Positions 45,399 through 48,112 of a DNA stretch of 48,112 nucleotides are shown here, piece after piece. The stretch is from Candidatus Nanosyncoccus sp. (lineage in GTDB: Bacteria; Patescibacteriota; Saccharimonadia; Saccharimonadales; Saccharimonadaceae), in the NCBI GenBank assembly GCA_045649285.1, contig JAZRPP010000014.1, positions 1 to 48,112 on the forward strand, written 5' to 3'. Positions within the stretch are counted from its first letter, which is position 1. The number at the start of each line of letters is the position of its first letter. Below the pieces are notes generated by a model. The model worked only from the letters and a program-made list of their open reading frames with translations, searched no databases and was not told the DNA's origin. A program made the translations under genes and the position numbers.

Positions 45399-46863
45399 TG
45401 GTGGGGCTTAATTAGCCAGGTTTAACGAACTATCATGGAGATATCCAGAAAAAGCTTGAGGAAATGTTATAATAAAAACATGGAAACGATTAAAACAGAG
45501 TCATTTGATAACGGCGCTAATTTGAATAGCGAGGAAGAACAACGAGCTTTTAGAAGAACTTTTGGGCAGAAGGTGGTAGAGGTATTTAAAACCAATCCTA
45601 CCTCGGAAGATGTAACTGCAGAAAAAAAAGAATATATAAAAAGCATTCAAGAAGAGAGAGCGCTTCTGGAGACACTGGATTCTGAACAAAGATACTTTCA
45701 GGATTACATTTTTTATATGGCAATCGAAAAAAATCCACAAGCAAGCCAATTTATAAAAAATATACCGGGTTTAGATATGAGTAAACCATTAGTGGCGCAA
45801 TTATTAGAGAAAAACGAAGACGGTTCGCAAAAAGTTTCAGATGAAACCGTAGGTAATATCCTAGAATTTTATCAAAGCGTTTTAAAGAAAGAAGAAGGCA
45901 TATTCGCAGAAAAAATGGAGGAAATGCAGTCTGATTATGAATCTAGTCTAAAAAGCAAGGTCGAATCCGGAAAGTTGCCCCAGGAGTTGTACGAGAATTA
46001 CGAAAGAGCGAAAATAAAAAATAATGGTTCTATAATCGGTTCTGCTAAATTATTCGACCTAAGACCAATCGTAGAAGATGGAGAAGAAAGGTTTGAACCA
46101 CCATCAGCAGCAGCATATATAGAGCATCGAGGGATGAATAATAAAGGAGAGATGGTTGATTCCGGAGATACCAGAAAAATAATGTACAAAAAGTTCTTCT
46201 TGGACCCACGACAAAAAAATGCTTTGGGTTCATTAGAAAATATGGTAGGGCACGAATTGACGCACATAATTGCCGGCACAGAAGCTTCTTTCAATTTATT
46301 GCCTAGCAAAAGCGGAAGCGCAGATATCGAATCCTGGAGAATGGACATTAAGGGTAAAATTACAATGGCTTATAGAGAAGGTATGACTGAAGCTATAGGC
46401 CAGATGATTATGGATTCTAGCCCAGAAGCTAGCGATTACGGCTTACGACATTATCTTAGTAGTGATACTGGGTCATATCCAGGAGACAGAGAATTTTTAG
46501 CAAAATTAATAGATATAGATGACAGATGTAGGAGAGAAAATCAAAACCTCGACGAACAGGAATCACTAGAAAAACTTTTCCTGGAAGCATATGCTGAAAC
46601 TGATGGAGATAAATATGTAAATATGCTAAGGAATCGGCTTTACTTCATTTTTGATAACTGGGAAGACGTCGTGAAAGATGAGGATTTCCCGGATACCTTA
46701 CCAATAAGAAATATGGGTAGAAGTTGGGAAAATGCTTTTAGACTTTACCTAGGCGAATTAGAATTAAAATATGCACTTGAGGGGCGATAATCGATACATG
46801 TTTTGGGGATTTAACAGACATTTATAGGTTAATAAATAGTTAAAAATAATTATATAAACCGTT
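45399..46863. mobile_element. Putative non-autonomous cargo unit at tRNA-Val(CAC)
   Basis: Left arm TGGTGGGGCTTAATTAGCCAGGTTTAAC; right arm GGGATTTAACAGACATT...TATAAACCGTT, as in units 1 and 2. Confidence 0.65.
45480..46790 (+). CDS. Putative gluzincin zinc metallopeptidase
   Basis: HELTH plus downstream EGMTE; start METIK placed by TGTTATAAT-N6-ATG. Confidence 0.65.
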   Translation: METIKTESFDNGANLNSEEEQRAFRRTFGQKVVEVFKTNPTSEDVTAEKKEYIKSIQEERALLETLDSEQRYFQDYIFYMAIEKNPQASQFIKNIPGLDMSKPLVAQLLEKNEDGSQKVSDETVGNILEFYQSVLKKEEGIFAEKMEEMQSDYESSLKSKVESGKLPQELYENYERAKIKNNGSIIGSAKLFDLRPIVEDGEERFEPPSAAAYIEHRGMNNKGEMVDSGDTRKIMYKKFFLDPRQKNALGSLENMVGHELTHIIAGTEASFNLLPSKSGSADIESWRMDIKGKITMAYREGMTEAIGQMIMDSSPEASDYGLRHYLSSDTGSYPGDREFLAKLIDIDDRCRRENQNLDEQESLEKLFLEAYAETDGDKYVNMLRNRLYFIFDNWEDVVKDEDFPDTLPIRNMGRSWENAFRLYLGELELKYALEGR

Positions 46864-47136
46864 TGGTGGATCCTACAGGGCGTCGGATTTTGCTAACGCA
46901 AAATCCTCTCTCGGGGCGTCACCTCAAAAAATCTAAAATAAATTTTAGATTTTCCTCGGTTCCTACCGAGTATGAACCTACGGTTCGCGCCCCGTAGTAT
47001 CTACAATTATTATTTGAGATTAAAAGCCGGCAGATTGGTCTTTTCTTCTTGTGAAGCGCGTCTTAATGGACGAGCGAACAAGAAAAAAGGCCGAGATGCC
47101 GGCTTTTAACTCAAATAATGGTGGATCCTACAGGGC
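46864..47136. repeat. tRNA-Val(CAC)-linked multi-hairpin mini-element flanked by an 18-bp tRNA 3' duplication
   Basis: TGGTGGATCCTACAGGGC at 46864-46881 and 47119-47136; internal hairpins; long hairpin 47010-47118. Confidence 0.85.
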
Positions 47137-47195
47137 TTGAACCTGTGACCTTACGAATGTGAATCGTACGCTCTAGCCAACTGAGCTAAGGATCC
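47119..47195 (-). tRNA. tRNA-Val(CAC)
   Basis: GGATCCTTAGCTCAG...TACGA-TTCACAT-TCGTA...GGTTCAAGCC...CACCA. Confidence 0.95.
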
Positions 47196-47227
47196 GCAAT
47201 ATATATAATATATGGTATAATTATATC

Positions 47228-47956
47228 ATGAATTTAGAGAAAATAAAAGAGGAAGCAGGGGCGCTGGACGAGTTCCTGGCGCGGCCAGACTCGTATGCGG
47301 AGCCAGATTTTGCGGCAAAAAGTAAACGTGCGGCAGTGGTACATGAGATCCTGGATTTGGATAAAAAAATCCAGCAATTGAAGCAAAATATCGTGGAAGC
47401 GGAGGAGCTGGTAAATGATCCGGAGCTCGGCGAAGTGGCAAAGGAAGACATCAAAGCTGCAGAGATAGAAATCGCCGAGGCGGAGGCGAAGCTAGAAGAG
47501 CTGATGATACCGCGCGACCCAGAAGATGATAAGCCGGCGATTTTTGAGATCCGGGCGGGGGCGGGGGGAGACGAAGCATCGCTCTTTGCGGGGGAGCTGT
47601 ACCGGATGTATACGAAATATGCGGATGCGCACGGACTAAAAACGGAGTTGATCTCGGAAAATGCAAACGAGGCTGGGGGGATGAAAGAAGTAATCTTCAA
47701 GGTAAGTGGTGACTCGGCATATGGGCAACTAAAATTCGAGGGCGGGGTACACAGAGTACAGCGAGTGCCAGTGACGGAATCGCAAGGGCGAATACATACT
47801 TCCACGGCGACGGTGGCGGTGCTGCCGGAGGCTTCTGAACAGGATTTGGAGATAAAACCGGAGGATCTCCGGATTGATATTTACCGTTCGGGTGGGCACG
47901 GGGGGCAGGGGGAAAATACGACGGGCTCGGCGGTACGGGTTACGCATCTACCAACT
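47228..47956 (+). CDS. prfA: Peptide chain release factor 1, 3'-truncated
   Basis: [28 protein letters not shown] (PxT), GGQ; similarity ends at THLPT. Confidence 0.9.
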
Positions 47957-48112
47957 ATGTCCTGTGGATTCCTATCCTGTGGCTTCTGCTCTGCGGCCTG
48001 ATGTTTGTCGGGGCATGTTCCGGTTCTACGTCGGGAGCGATGAAGTGTGTCCGCATTTCAATCCTTTTCAGGGTAATGGTAAACGAGTTCAAGCGTATAG
48101 TGCATCCGAACG
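47953..48112 (+). other. Foreign TrkH-like coding fragment (probable chimeric contig end)
   Basis: Frame [33 protein letters not shown]......NEFKRIVHPN matches the TrkH pore motif. Confidence 0.75.

Overview
The window looks like a chromosomal segment of a Candidatus Saccharibacteria (Patescibacteria/CPR) genome. This is an inference from the gene set: short Rel, compact ComEC, a WGPER...FNSITNNP DUF11 surface protein, a DUF5663-like protein and leaderless promoters. A core block at about 8.4-28.4 kb holds rel, rplU, ileS, mscS, ftsZ, yebC, comEC, a GT2 and surface proteins. Five tRNAs are present: Val-TAC, Thr-CGT, Arg-CCG, Asp-GTC and Val-CAC. Three accessory zones hang off tRNA 3' ends. 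(i) A complete ~6.2 kb large-serine-recombinase (LSR) element sits in tRNA-Arg, bounded by GGGTGTACCA repeats; the att core lies inside the recombinase gene, so its C-terminus would change on excision. (ii, iii) Recombinase-less cargo units are stacked at both tRNA-Val genes. They share conserved left and right arms around a TGGTGG core and six copies of GGGATTTAAC, and carry self-promoted effector-like genes (HopA1-like, nucleotidyltransferase-like, gluzincin, HNH, Fic/antitoxin, KilA-N, PPase). This cassette system is the best candidate for something undescribed. Also seen: a surface-protein gene switched off by a G10 tract, tRNA-matched palindromic mini-elements, long bulged intergenic hairpins, phased 21-22 bp repeats upstream of comEC and the UvrD-family gene, three unannotated small ORFs, and a probably chimeric contig end (prfA joined to a trkH fragment). 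All calls come from reading motifs by eye; no searches were run.
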